Part shown: positions 38,262-47,689 of the stretch, piece after piece
How positions within the stretch are numbered: position 1 is the stretch's first letter
Layout: every line of letters starts with the position of its first letter
IMG/VR virus record: IMGVR_UViG_3300044294_000190
Location: 9,596-73,595 of that record
Direction: 5' to 3' (one strand)
Length of the DNA: 64,000 nt
DNA from: a virus
Notes under the pieces: generated by a model
What the model was told of the DNA's origin: nothing
Databases searched by the model: none
Seen by the model: the letters and a program-made list of their open reading frames with translations, nothing else
Made by a program: the position numbers and the translations under genes

Positions 38262-38300
38262 GTAACACTCCTTAGATTGACGTGTTACTCAAGAATACCA

Positions 38301-39857
38301 TTAATTAAAGAAAGGGTTTTCTGATACCTGGATGGTGGGTAAGGTGTCGTGAATGGTCATGGAACACGCTATTGCTAGTGAATCTGGGTAGTCGTCAAAT
38401 GCGCCTTTTTCATCAGGGGCTTCTGCCAACATGTACGGACCTCGATAAATTTTTTCAAGGTCGTTCATTTGTTGATTAAAACGCTTCCACATCCTAGAAC
38501 GCCGCGCTCTAGAGTGACCGGGAATGACCAGCTGTTCTCTTTGAATAAGTTCGGTAAGATGCACCCACCGTTCGTTTTGATTTTTTGAGTCCGACGCTAC
38601 GGCAATAATTTCAATTTGGGGCAACAAGATCTGCAGACGCTCGGCAACTGCCCCACCCACTCCTTGGGCATCAACTCCAATTCTTAGTATTTCGTAATTA
38701 CGCAAAAACTCAATGATTTGAAAATATTGCTGCTCCCACTCCTCATTATGGATTTCCAGCCAATTAAGGATTCGATGCTCGTAAAAGCCAAAAGGATCCG
38801 GGTGGTCCCAATCAACCCACACAACCGTCACAACTGTTGAGTCGTTAGATCTAGCTACGTCAATACCAACAACAACTTGAGTACGCCACCATTGTTTAAC
38901 CATGGGCATGGAAGGGTCGTACAACCGCTCTAACCGTTCTTCAGTAACAAACATTCCCTTTTCAAGCATCCATCTATTGCAATACGACATTTGAAATTCG
39001 TCAGAATCTTCCCCAATACGCAACTTTTCTTTAGAAATAAACTTGGCATAATTGTTGTTGTACTTAGCAGCAACTTTCCAATCGTATTCAAAATGACATT
39101 CTCTAAAGTTACGAGTTCTGTTGTTGACTCGTCGTTTGTTGTATTGAATCATTTTGTAAAAGTAAGATTTGTTACGAGTTGCGGTCCCAGTAAGCATGAT
39201 GCTTCCGTTGTTAAACGCCAACATTGGTTTGATGGATTTGGCGATAACAAATTCGTCTGCTTCTTGAGCCTCGTCAATTAATATAAAGTGATAAGTTTTT
39301 GATTCAATTTTTGCTTTAGGGTTACAAGTCTGCATGCGGCAAAGTGATCCAGAACGCTTAAGGGAAATGATCTTTCCTTTCCCGCGAGTGCCCCCCGCCT
39401 GAGTCTTGTCGTCAATTTCTGAGTCGAGAAGGAAATTAAGCGCGTGGTCGCTAGTAAGTTTGCTAACAATGCGACTAAAAACGGTGTCAGCTTGATCTTC
39501 AACTGGAGCAAATACCCCACACCAAAAACCTTTACTAAATTTTGACAACCACGTTGGGTATACAGGAGCAAGTTTTGGCAAGATAACCATCATTGCCGCT
39601 AAAACATTAGAAACTACTTCTGATTTACCACTTTGACGAGTAGCCACTAACGTCATTTCTTCACCATCACCCAAAACAATAGACTCAACCATGCGATATG
39701 CAATGGGTACTTGGTAAGGAAACAATTCAATATTACAAAATTGTTCCGTAAACAAAACTAATTTAGTGACTAATTGATCAACAAACTCAGCTGATGTTTC
39801 GTCTAATTCTTCAGAAATGTCTTCTGGTAATAGTTCTTCATCCAAAACGTCAGACAT
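38301..39857 (-). CDS. terL: Terminase large subunit
   Basis: TRQSGKS, ILIDEAQ, LTGT, VGIDVA, DDYPDSLA. Confidence 0.95.
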   Translation of the reverse strand: MSDVLDEELLPEDISEELDETSAEFVDQLVTKLVLFTEQFCNIELFPYQVPIAYRMVESIVLGDGEEMTLVATRQSGKSEVVSNVLAAMMVILPKLAPVYPTWLSKFSKGFWCGVFAPVEDQADTVFSRIVSKLTSDHALNFLLDSEIDDKTQAGGTRGKGKIISLKRSGSLCRMQTCNPKAKIESKTYHFILIDEAQEADEFVIAKSIKPMLAFNNGSIMLTGTATRNKSYFYKMIQYNKRRVNNRTRNFRECHFEYDWKVAAKYNNNYAKFISKEKLRIGEDSDEFQMSYCNRWMLEKGMFVTEERLERLYDPSMPMVKQWWRTQVVVGIDVARSNDSTVVTVVWVDWDHPDPFGFYEHRILNWLEIHNEEWEQQYFQIIEFLRNYEILRIGVDAQGVGGAVAERLQILLPQIEIIAVASDSKNQNERWVHLTELIQREQLVIPGHSRARRSRMWKRFNQQMNDLEKIYRGPYMLAEAPDEKGAFDDYPDSLAIACSMTIHDTLPTIQVSENPFFN

Positions 39858-39863
39858 AAAACT

Positions 39864-40091
39864 TTAAAATAACGTTAGTTGATCGGGATTTTCTCTCGGC
39901 CTTGGTTTATCAATACTTTCAATAACGTCTCTAACACGCAACAAAAACTCAAGCATTTCTTCAGATTTTACACACTGATACGTCCGCTCGATGGTAAACG
40001 ACTCTTCAAAAAAAGTTTTATTACCAGGCATTCCCACTAGTTGAGCAACGTCTTGTGAAAGTCGTTGTATGTCTTTAAAGTATCTACTCAT
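39864..40091 (-). CDS. Small protein ending in a QLTLF clamp-binding-like motif
   Basis: C-terminus ENPDQLTLF*. Confidence 0.6.
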   Translation of the reverse strand: MSRYFKDIQRLSQDVAQLVGMPGNKTFFEESFTIERTYQCVKSEEMLEFLLRVRDVIESIDKPRPRENPDQLTLF

Positions 40092-40332
40092 TGTTTCCTC
40101 GTTTCTTTATCTCATCCCAGATTACCGTAATTGCTTCAATGTGTTGAGTAACTTCTTCCTCCGGACCCCTATGATATCGCCACTTGTCAAAAGCAGCGCC
40201 AAGCCCCATGATGCTTGAATCAATCCAAATTTTTAGAGATGGGCCGTCCAACAACGCTGCCCGTTGCTGTGCCCTAGTTGGTGTTTGATTGTTAAGTCCA
40301 GATTCTTGTTTTTTAAACAATTTCATTTCCAA
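40084..40332 (-). CDS. Hypothetical protein
   Basis: Coupled ORF. Confidence 0.6.
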   Translation of the reverse strand: MEMKLFKKQESGLNNQTPTRAQQRAALLDGPSLKIWIDSSIMGLGAAFDKWRYHRGPEEEVTQHIEAITVIWDEIKKRGNNE

Positions 40333-40601
40333 TCTCCAATTTCTTGTGATTTAACATCCATCATTCTTCCATTTAAAGCATACAAAAGCCCATCTTGCTC
40401 ATCCATTTTTGTTTGTGATTTTGTACAAATTCCAACCTGAAACACATATTTAAGAACACGTACCTGTAACCCTTTGCCTTTTCTCCAATATCCCCCTAAT
40501 TCGTGAACCCACCCAGAAGATATAACGGGTATTTTTTTAACGCCGTTGTCCCTGATAATCCAATAAAAAGAACCAAACCCATAAACAACATTTAACTTCA
40601 T
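40323..40601 (-). CDS. Hypothetical protein (leaderless)
   Basis: TAGAAT-N6-ATG. Confidence 0.6.
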   Translation of the reverse strand: MKLNVVYGFGSFYWIIRDNGVKKIPVISSGWVHELGGYWRKGKGLQVRVLKYVFQVGICTKSQTKMDEQDGLLYALNGRMMDVKSQEIGDWK

Positions 40602-40610
40602 GTGTAGATT

Positions 40611-41282
40611 CTAGTCAAACAGACGTGGCTGTGCTGGACCCTGATCGGACTGTTGTCGTGGTTTAAACTCAGTTGCCCTTTCAACAGCATTGGCAACGTT
40701 TCCAAATGTTCCTCGTTGAATTTTTGCACCAAGCTCAGATGCCGGTATTTTAGAAAAATGTTTTTCATCGTTGTACGGCATGTATCCAAACTGTTCTAAA
40801 CCGTTAAGGGCTCGATTAATACTTTTACCTTTTGACAGGGCGGTGTAAAATCGTTTGGCGGCATACACTGGAACGTTTGTGTACATGTAGCGGTTTCCGT
40901 TTCGCCTTCCCGCTTTTCCGCGAAAATCCACATACATATCGCCCACTAGAGTATTGGGATTAAAGAAATACTGACAATATGAAAGACGGGTGCTGTCTTG
41001 TCCGTTTGTTCGTTCTCCCAACATTTCTTTTCTCGCGTTGTCATATCCAGGAGTAGCTGCTGTCCAAGGATCAAAGTTTTCCTCAATATTAAACAACGCT
41101 TCTCGAGTAGCTTCGTCGGCAAGCGCAAATTGCGCTAAAGAGTCTTTAATCCGTTGCCTGCCCTGCGCCCCAAGTCCGGGTTTAGTTGCACCACCTTTTC
41201 GTTGTTGCTTTTTAAGGGCAGCCAAATCCGCCCTTACTCGCTGACGACCAAGGTCTCCAAGGCCGGGTTTTCGTCTGGGCAT
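40611..41282 (-). CDS. KTSC-like domain protein with a repeated basic N-terminal motif
   Basis: MYVDFR...YMYTNVP....F..A.SKGK.IN; two GLGxxGRQR repeats; leaderless TATAAT-N6-ATG. Confidence 0.6.
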   Translation of the reverse strand: MPRRKPGLGDLGRQRVRADLAALKKQQRKGGATKPGLGAQGRQRIKDSLAQFALADEATREALFNIEENFDPWTAATPGYDNARKEMLGERTNGQDSTRLSYCQYFFNPNTLVGDMYVDFRGKAGRRNGNRYMYTNVPVYAAKRFYTALSKGKSINRALNGLEQFGYMPYNDEKHFSKIPASELGAKIQRGTFGNVANAVERATEFKPRQQSDQGPAQPRLFD

Positions 41283-41315
41283 TTAACAATTATAGATTAT
41301 TACTTGTTGGTGCAC

Positions 41316-42404
41316 TTAAGAGCAGTTTAAGATTTGCTCCATTACTTGATTCCAATCTTTGCCCCTAGAAGCCATTGTCAACTTTTCTTTGACAATCTCA
41401 TAATTTAGTTCGATGTCATCTTTTCTTACTTTGGGGTTAAGGAGTTCGTTAAAATGACCAAGCCATTCATCCTTATTATGGGCAACCCTTCCAACCATTT
41501 CTTTTTCTAAATATACGTATTCTTCAGAAGGAGATGCAATAAAAGGAACACCCGCCGCAGCGTACTCAAGTCCTTTGATATATGATTTGGCCTGGTTAAA
41601 CGGAATGTTGTTGAGTGGAACAATCCCAATGTCAATATCTTTAAACATTAGAGGATATTCCGCAATTGAACGCATGGGCGAAGTTGAAACAAAATTTACG
41701 TTTACGCCAAGTTGTGTTGCTGCCAACGGCGCATTTACAGTATGTCCAGAGTGGTGAAACTTGAGCCCTTTCTGCTTCAAATATGGTCCTAAAAACGGGT
41801 TGAGCTGCTCAAGGTCTCCGGATCTCCATGGTGTAGCACCGACCCAACCAATCGTTGGAACTCTCATCGCCTTGTCTTTTCTGCGTGTCCATCGATCAAT
41901 GTCAATTCCGTTTCTTACCAAAAAAACGTTTTTACGTTTCTTTGAGTAGTAGTCATACAAAAACGGAGTAGACGTAATAACCGCGTCGGCCATCTCAATA
42001 GTTCTTAGGTAGTGTTGCCTATTGTTTCTTGAATCCCTTTTGGGATCAGTTGTTTCGTACGCACGGTTTGTAGCTGCCAAATCTTCAAAGAAGTCGTCTA
42101 CGTCAACTATTATTTTTTGACCAACTCTTTGTGCAGCAGGAATGGCGTTTGCTACGTCACCAAGCATGATTAGTTTGAGGACAACAATATTCCACCCGTG
42201 CACCGCCTTGTTGTCACTTAGTACGACCCCAAATCCATATTGGTCGTTGATTTGGGGAAACCCCATACCAACTCGCCAACCATATTTTTCAAGTTCTTTC
42301 ATGGGCAACAAACAGCGATACCACGCACAGCCATTTGGTTGTAGTGGTTTTGTTCCCCACGCCCAGTCGAGCGTTAAAAATCCAATTGTTTTACTTTTTG
42401 TCAT
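41316..42404 (-). CDS. GT-B glycosyltransferase
   Basis: GCAWYR, DVDD, ADAVITST, IGWVG, DIGIVPL..FNQAKS.IKGLEYAAAGVP. Confidence 0.88.
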   Translation of the reverse strand: MTKSKTIGFLTLDWAWGTKPLQPNGCAWYRCLLPMKELEKYGWRVGMGFPQINDQYGFGVVLSDNKAVHGWNIVVLKLIMLGDVANAIPAAQRVGQKIIVDVDDFFEDLAATNRAYETTDPKRDSRNNRQHYLRTIEMADAVITSTPFLYDYYSKKRKNVFLVRNGIDIDRWTRRKDKAMRVPTIGWVGATPWRSGDLEQLNPFLGPYLKQKGLKFHHSGHTVNAPLAATQLGVNVNFVSTSPMRSIAEYPLMFKDIDIGIVPLNNIPFNQAKSYIKGLEYAAAGVPFIASPSEEYVYLEKEMVGRVAHNKDEWLGHFNELLNPKVRKDDIELNYEIVKEKLTMASRGKDWNQVMEQILNCS

Positions 42405-42734
42405 CTAAACCATTCTGTTTACATGTCCCATGGCTTGTGCCAACGAATGCTGGTATCGAGGCCAGTGCTCGTTTTTAAATTGTAGAAATTGGTGAACTGC
42501 CGTGATGTATGCGTGAATGTGCGCCGGTGGGTAAAAAAACCCTTCCGTAGAACTTGAAACAAACACTTCAGTGTGATGCCTAAAACGTTCTGCAAGAAAA
42601 TCAGTCATGGTTTTAATAAAAGTTGAATCCATTTCTTGCAAACTAATCAATTCTTGAACTTCAATAAGAGTTATGTACTGATCTCCATTTTGAATTAATG
42701 GACCATTTGCGGTGTCAATAAGTTTGTATTCCAT
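42405..42734 (-). CDS. Hypothetical protein, paralog of 44834..45154
   Basis: YKLIDTANGPLIQNG ... YITAVHQFLQFKN; TGATG-coupled start. Confidence 0.7.
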   Translation of the reverse strand: MEYKLIDTANGPLIQNGDQYITLIEVQELISLQEMDSTFIKTMTDFLAERFRHHTEVFVSSSTEGFFYPPAHIHAYITAVHQFLQFKNEHWPRYQHSLAQAMGHVNRMV

Positions 42735-42895
42735 CACCATTTTCCAATCGGACACTTTTGAGAAGGAATTCTAGCTTTAATACGCATAAAACAACCGCAT
42801 TCTTTGCACTGTCCGGTTGGTTTAAAAAACCTTGGGCAAACTTGACAAATAGAAAAACGTTGTTTAAACCTTGATTCCTCTTGCGTTTCGTTCAT
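42734..42895 (-). CDS. 53-aa CxxC/CxxCGC/CP..KW protein (DUF6171-like; not in the ORF track)
   Basis: RFSICQVCPRFFKPTGQCKECGCFMRIKARIPSQKCPIGKW. Confidence 0.75.
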   Translation of the reverse strand: MNETQEESRFKQRFSICQVCPRFFKPTGQCKECGCFMRIKARIPSQKCPIGKW

Positions 42896-44049
42896 ACAAC
42901 CACCGGCTCGTACTCAAAGTTATCAACATTTGATGCAACAGAACCTCCGCTTGTTTCTCCAAAAATAACACCAAACTTTATTCCTCGAGTATCAGACGCT
43001 GACGCGTTATATGTCATAGTTAAAGTTCCCGATCCGTTGTCCATGGGGGCAGATATAGTTACTGTATTGTCTAATGTGAGTACGTTAACATAAGAGGGTC
43101 GAGCGTTTTGGGATGTGTTGATTTCAGGACTAGTTCCAATAGTAGTTATCACACCATTTATTGATTTTCTCAAAATTAAGCGGTGAAGGTGCGCCGTGGA
43201 ACTACCAGTTTGAAGAGTTGCTTCGTAGTTGCAAGCATAGTAGGTATCTGGGTAGGTTATTTGAACGCAATTTCCATGGTACGTATATGGGGTAACGTGA
43301 TAGTTAATGATGTCGAAATTTGCCCAACATATGCCATTGTGATAATGCTGCCCAGGGGGACATAGTCCACCTTGAGAGGGGTCAACAGCATTACTAAATA
43401 TATAGCAACCACAATTATGAAAAAACCTGTCATAACCTTGACAGCCGGGGGCGGTACTAGCGTCGTAAGGACAACCACCAGTATCAAAACAAGTACAACT
43501 TGGGTAAGTTGGTGTGCAATTAAGTGTTTGGTATGGAGGCCTGCAACAGTTACCACCAGAGACTTCGGTACGTCCAGGTATTGTGCACGTTTTTAAACAC
43601 GTATTTCCGGAAAGAGTCCCACCGTTTGGGCATGTGTAAAAACTGTAGGATCCGCTTGATGTGTACTGGTCGGTAGTTACAGAAAACCAGTTATTTTGAT
43701 CAATTACCCAAAAAGCTGCTCCCCATCCCCAGTTAGAAGAACCTTGTCCAATTCGTACCCTTGCCTTTTTAGTGTTTGTACGAATAGTTGCGAGGGGATA
43801 TGAGGAAGGAGATGTATTGCTTAATAATCGGTTTGAGGAAATTTGCCAACTACCGCGCAATTTTTCCCATAGCAAGTTTTCCGTTGATATCGTTTCGTTG
43901 TTTGCTCGATTAAAGTCGTCAGTTCTTGCACTTAAAGGTTTAACGTCTAATCGATATGTTCTCTTACCCTTGTTACCGGTTAGGGAAGAATCACGAAATC
44001 GTAGTTGAAAAGTTCGTCGGACAGATGCCGACGACGTTGTGTAAATCAC
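42892..44049 (-). CDS. Beta-sandwich tail-associated protein with a Cys-rich insertion
   Basis: Lectin-like flanks; central YTCPNGGTLSGNTC...CNYEAT with many Cys. Confidence 0.65.
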   Translation of the reverse strand: MIYTTSSASVRRTFQLRFRDSSLTGNKGKRTYRLDVKPLSARTDDFNRANNETISTENLLWEKLRGSWQISSNRLLSNTSPSSYPLATIRTNTKKARVRIGQGSSNWGWGAAFWVIDQNNWFSVTTDQYTSSGSYSFYTCPNGGTLSGNTCLKTCTIPGRTEVSGGNCCRPPYQTLNCTPTYPSCTCFDTGGCPYDASTAPGCQGYDRFFHNCGCYIFSNAVDPSQGGLCPPGQHYHNGICWANFDIINYHVTPYTYHGNCVQITYPDTYYACNYEATLQTGSSTAHLHRLILRKSINGVITTIGTSPEINTSQNARPSYVNVLTLDNTVTISAPMDNGSGTLTMTYNASASDTRGIKFGVIFGETSGGSVASNVDNFEYEPVVV

Positions 44050-44375
44050 GTTATTTCACAACCAAAAATTGTAAATGAAAGATTAGCATTTGACGCATAC
44101 ACCGTAAAAACATCGTTGGCACTAGAAGTAACACCTAGGGTAAGGGCCACGGTGTCATTAGCTGCCACTGTTGCGTTAAACGCAATGTAGTGCTGATTAG
44201 CAAGGGCCGTTCCGCCGGGTCGCACAGCAAGACGGTATTGCGCATCAGTTGCTCCTCGATTACACACAGTGATTGTAGACGCAACGGACTGCTTACCAGC
44301 CCCTACCGTGTAGATATCGGTATTAACAGTAGATGCCGGTGCGGATTGAGCAAGAACTTTATATGTTTGAGCCAT
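44046..44375 (-). CDS. Small jelly-roll tail-fibre-associated protein
   Basis: YKVLAQSAP, IYTV, STITVCN, SFTIFGCEIT; related to the flanks of 50549..51226. Confidence 0.7.
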   Translation of the reverse strand: MAQTYKVLAQSAPASTVNTDIYTVGAGKQSVASTITVCNRGATDAQYRLAVRPGGTALANQHYIAFNATVAANDTVALTLGVTSSANDVFTVYASNANLSFTIFGCEIT

Positions 44376-44491
44376 AGGATCCCCTGGATTATTTTACCCC
44401 AAATCACCCGTTGCCGCCAACTCCTGCGCCGCCACCACCTGCGCCGCACGGGTCGGAATGCTACACTCGTTTGATGATGTCGGAGGCAAAA

Positions 44492-44779
44492 ATGATGAAA
44501 AATTTTGATGAAATGACTGACGAGGAAAAACAAGATTTTGTAGCCGCAACTGCGGCAAATAGCCCGGCTATGAACCCAAGCGGATTTGAATTTTTTGCCT
44601 TTGTGGTTGATGGTCAAGTTGCTGCCATGTTCACCCTCACAAAACGGGCAATGGAGAACTACATAGATGCCTTATCGTCAAATCCAACAATCGTAAAACT
44701 TGCAGTTTCTCAAAAAAACGTAGTTGCCGTTGGCTGGGATTACGACGCAGAAACCGGTTCTTTTTCCAAGCCAGAATAG
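44492..44779 (+). CDS. Hypothetical protein
   Basis: GGAGG SD before ATG 44492; FAFVVDGQVA, VGWDYD..GSF. Confidence 0.7.
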   Translation: MMKNFDEMTDEEKQDFVAATAANSPAMNPSGFEFFAFVVDGQVAAMFTLTKRAMENYIDALSSNPTIVKLAVSQKNVVAVGWDYDAETGSFSKPE

Positions 44780-44833
44780 GTCTTTTTCCGTTTTGGAGTT
44801 GTATTAGTATGTGTTTTCAAAGAAGGGAAAAAT

Positions 44834-45154
44834 ATGTCATTTGAAATTAAAGCAACCGATATGGGTCCTGTGCTCATTCACAACGGCAATTTTTTCGCTT
44901 TGGCAAGCGATGATGCGATGATTGAATTGTGCTACGACGACCCGACTTGTTTCGCCACCATCTTTGAGCATTTGACTCAAGAAGTGCGCAACGCATTTGA
45001 TGAGTATCTTGAAGGTTTCGGCATGGGAATCAATCCGCCGAATGCAAAACTGTACTCATACATTTCCGCACTTCAGCAATTTTGGATTTTTAAAAACATC
45101 AAATTTGCCCAGTACCTTGATGCAGTCAATCGTGAAGAGGATGAGCGGGGATGA
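44834..45154 (+). CDS. Hypothetical protein, paralog of 42405..42734
   Basis: FEIKATDMGPVLIHNG ... YISALQQFWIFKN. Confidence 0.7.
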   Translation: MSFEIKATDMGPVLIHNGNFFALASDDAMIELCYDDPTCFATIFEHLTQEVRNAFDEYLEGFGMGINPPNAKLYSYISALQQFWIFKNIKFAQYLDAVNREEDERG

Positions 45155-45315
45155 ACGAAGAATCAAAAAATTCTCTCTATTATAAGGAGCGCTTAGAGAT
45201 TTGCCGACAGTGCCCCCGCTTGTTTAAGCCAACCATGCAATGCAAAGAGTGTGGTTGTTTTATGAGGATAAAGACGCGCTTGAAGTCTGCTTCTTGTCCG
45301 ATCAACAAGTGGTAA
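45151..45315 (+). CDS. 54-aa CxxC protein, paralog of 42734..42895 (not in the ORF track)
   Basis: RLEICRQCPRLFKPTMQCKECGCFMRIKTRLKSASCPINKW. Confidence 0.75.
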   Translation: MNEESKNSLYYKERLEICRQCPRLFKPTMQCKECGCFMRIKTRLKSASCPINKW

Positions 45316-45325
45316 CAAGGTCCGA

Positions 45326-46090
45326 ATGCCGAAAAATAAATTCGAAACTATTATTTATTGGGCTCCTGGAAATTTTGCAAGTGAAGTCTACGATTTGAAT
45401 CATTTGTATCCAGAAGTAAAATCCTTATACGAAGAGTGCCTTGGCAAAAAAGCAAATCTCAAGGACAATGACAACAATTTCTTGATGTGTCCTGCATTTT
45501 CGGATTTGACCAAAAACACCTTCGTTCACAGATCGTCAGTAGATACTCATGCCAGGTTGGATTTCGTGAGAAAACGAGTTACCTATCCCACGGCAAACCA
45601 ACTAGACCAGAACATTTACAAAGTTCCCCTTAATTTCAAGCACTTGCCGTCTCTTGAGGGTCATAACTTGATTCAATACACGTGGCCGATTCTTTTTTTC
45701 TCAGAAGAGGACAGCATGATGGCGACCTTGACCGCGCCATATTTTGAGAGAACCATCAGCCAAAATTACGGCGTGGTAGTTCCAGGCAGATTTGATATTG
45801 GGAAATGGTTTAGGAATATGAATGCAGAATTTCAATTGTGGCCAGGAGTGAATGAATTGAACATTCCAGCCAATGAGGCTCTTTTCTATGTTCACTTTGA
45901 AACGGACAAACAGATAGTTTTCAAGAGATTCATAATGACTCGAGAACTTGAAAGATTGCGAGCCTCAATTGTCAGCGTCTCCCCTTTCAAAAGATTTGCC
46001 AGATTGTCGGAGAGATACAAAGTATTTGAACGGTCTCAGTCAAAACAGAGAATTATAAAATTAATAAAAAAACAACTTGTTGTTGATTGA
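45326..46090 (+). CDS. Phage beta-rich (cupin/dUTPase-like) hypothetical protein
   Basis: MCPAFSD, VVPGRFDIGKWFR, EALFYVHF. Confidence 0.6.
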   Translation: MPKNKFETIIYWAPGNFASEVYDLNHLYPEVKSLYEECLGKKANLKDNDNNFLMCPAFSDLTKNTFVHRSSVDTHARLDFVRKRVTYPTANQLDQNIYKVPLNFKHLPSLEGHNLIQYTWPILFFSEEDSMMATLTAPYFERTISQNYGVVVPGRFDIGKWFRNMNAEFQLWPGVNELNIPANEALFYVHFETDKQIVFKRFIMTRELERLRASIVSVSPFKRFARLSERYKVFERSQSKQRIIKLIKKQLVVD

Positions 46091-46100
46091 GTAATCTTTT

Positions 46101-46571
46101 CTAAGAGTACATCGTTGCGTTGTAGGTTGCCGGATACACGCATGTCGTTCCGCTCAACGAGGCTGCGCTTGAGTTCACTGGACAAGAGTACGACGTGACA
46201 TTCTGGGTAATGTAATACGGCGCGTAGCAGCCACCACTTGTGTTTCCAAGAGGATGCCAACCGGGGGCATAGCACTGGCAACCAAGACTAAAGCAGCCAA
46301 TGCAATTTGAATACGGACAGCCACTACACGAACAACAGCTACTCCAAGTCGATGGGTCGGAGCCCCACGCGCCGCCGCCACTATGGCAACCCTGGACCTG
46401 TTGTTGAGTTGTGGTGGCTGTGGCAGCATAGTTCGCCGGATAATAACATTTTTTGTCGGCATTGTTCAAAACGGCTATTCCAGAATGCGTGTTGCACAGC
46501 CAAAACGTACTTCTTCGAGTCAATCCAAATTTTCTGGACGATCCGCCGCCTATCTTGTTTGTGAATGGCAT
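46101..46571 (-). CDS. Cys-rich small protein at the end of the fibre operon
   Basis: Dense Cys core CCSCSGCPYSNCIGC; YSCP..LSGTTC. Confidence 0.7.
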   Translation of the reverse strand: MPFTNKIGGGSSRKFGLTRRSTFWLCNTHSGIAVLNNADKKCYYPANYAATATTTQQQVQGCHSGGGAWGSDPSTWSSCCSCSGCPYSNCIGCFSLGCQCYAPGWHPLGNTSGGCYAPYYITQNVTSYSCPVNSSAASLSGTTCVYPATYNATMYS

Positions 46572-46583
46572 CGGTTCACCTCA

Positions 46584-47465
46584 TCACGCAAATCTCGTCT
46601 GTGCGGCAAAGACCGAGAATATACCAGTCCCAGTTTTGACCACGGTAAACGTGTACATGTCAACAGAGTTGGTGTTGCCAGAGGTTGGAGCCGTGCCGCC
46701 CTGCCATTTTGTCGTCACCCCAGATGTCGTTCCGTTGATCTGCACTGAGGTTGCATAGTAGGCCGTCCCCCCATTGGTTACCATCCAAGAGACGGTTGCC
46801 ATTTCTCCGTTTACCAACTTGGAGTCGAGCGTCGTTGAAGAATTCCATCTTAAATTCGGCACGAAGTTGGCTGTGGCGTTGTTCAGGTAGTAAATGGTTC
46901 CGAGTTCCACATCAATCGCAGTGGTCCCCGTAGCGCCAATAGACGAAGCCGCATATGTTTCAATTACGGAAGTTGTTTTGATGCTTGAGAATGTGACTGC
47001 TGCATTAGTGGCAACGGACTGACCGATGGCGATGGTCGGACTTGAACCCTCGCCTGGCGTGTGTGTTACAGAGACGCCCGTCCCTGCTGTTACATCAGAA
47101 ACATAGTTGCCAGTCGTGTCTGTTCCAAGCGCAACAGAGTTAGCGGCAACAGTGGCAGTAAGCGTGCCGTTGCCCAAGTTCGTAAGAGTCACCGAGCCCG
47201 TCAAATCTCCAGCAAGGGTGATGACGGGTGAGACGCCAGTAATCGTCGGGCTCGTAAGCGTTTTATTCGTGAGAGTTTGCGTATCAGCGAGAGTGACATA
47301 ACCCGTGGTATCGACAATGTACGAAAGGTCATTCCATGCCGTTGCGCCGTTGCCGATTTTCACCTTCAAGGTGTCGGTCTCGAATCCCATCTCGCCAGCT
47401 TGCAGGGCGGGGTTGGACGAAGTCCATTGTGCCGCCGTTCCTCTGCGAATTTGAATAGTTGCCAC
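46584..47465 (-). CDS. Tail fibre protein (Mtd/hyaluronidase-like N-terminal domain)
   Basis: IQIRRGTAAQWTSSNPALQAGEMGFETDT..KIGNG; TQTLTNKTLTSP; WQGGTAPT. Confidence 0.85.
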   Translation of the reverse strand: MATIQIRRGTAAQWTSSNPALQAGEMGFETDTLKVKIGNGATAWNDLSYIVDTTGYVTLADTQTLTNKTLTSPTITGVSPVITLAGDLTGSVTLTNLGNGTLTATVAANSVALGTDTTGNYVSDVTAGTGVSVTHTPGEGSSPTIAIGQSVATNAAVTFSSIKTTSVIETYAASSIGATGTTAIDVELGTIYYLNNATANFVPNLRWNSSTTLDSKLVNGEMATVSWMVTNGGTAYYATSVQINGTTSGVTTKWQGGTAPTSGNTNSVDMYTFTVVKTGTGIFSVFAAQTRFA

Positions 47466-47686
47466 TACGCCGTGCCTCCGTCAAGTGTTTGAGAAGAATC
47501 CAAGTCAAGTACTTGTGCTTCTACAAGGGTATCATGCAAACCACCGTCAATCTTTGCCTGACTGTAGATCCCCACAAGCGATCCACCGGGAAGCAACAAC
47601 CATTTACCATTGTTGTATTCCCAAGCTTTTCCGCCAACATAAAAAATGTTGCCGTTAGTCGGGGAGTCGGGGAAATCAATCGGCAT
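47465..47686 (-). CDS. Short fibre module protein
   Basis: IDFPDSPTNG..WEYNNGKW; DGG motifs. Confidence 0.65.
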   Translation of the reverse strand: MPIDFPDSPTNGNIFYVGGKAWEYNNGKWLLLPGGSLVGIYSQAKIDGGLHDTLVEAQVLDLDSSQTLDGGTA

Positions 47687-47689
47687 ACA

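Noticed and set aside
44376-46100. Plus-strand block as an invertible (phase-variable) segment
   Set aside because: No convincing inverted repeats at the borders and no recombinase in the window.
42892-46571. Cys-rich ORFs as RiPP precursors or DGR targets
   Set aside because: No radical SAM, YcaO or lanthipeptide enzyme, no reverse transcriptase, and no adenine-specific TR/VR pair seen.
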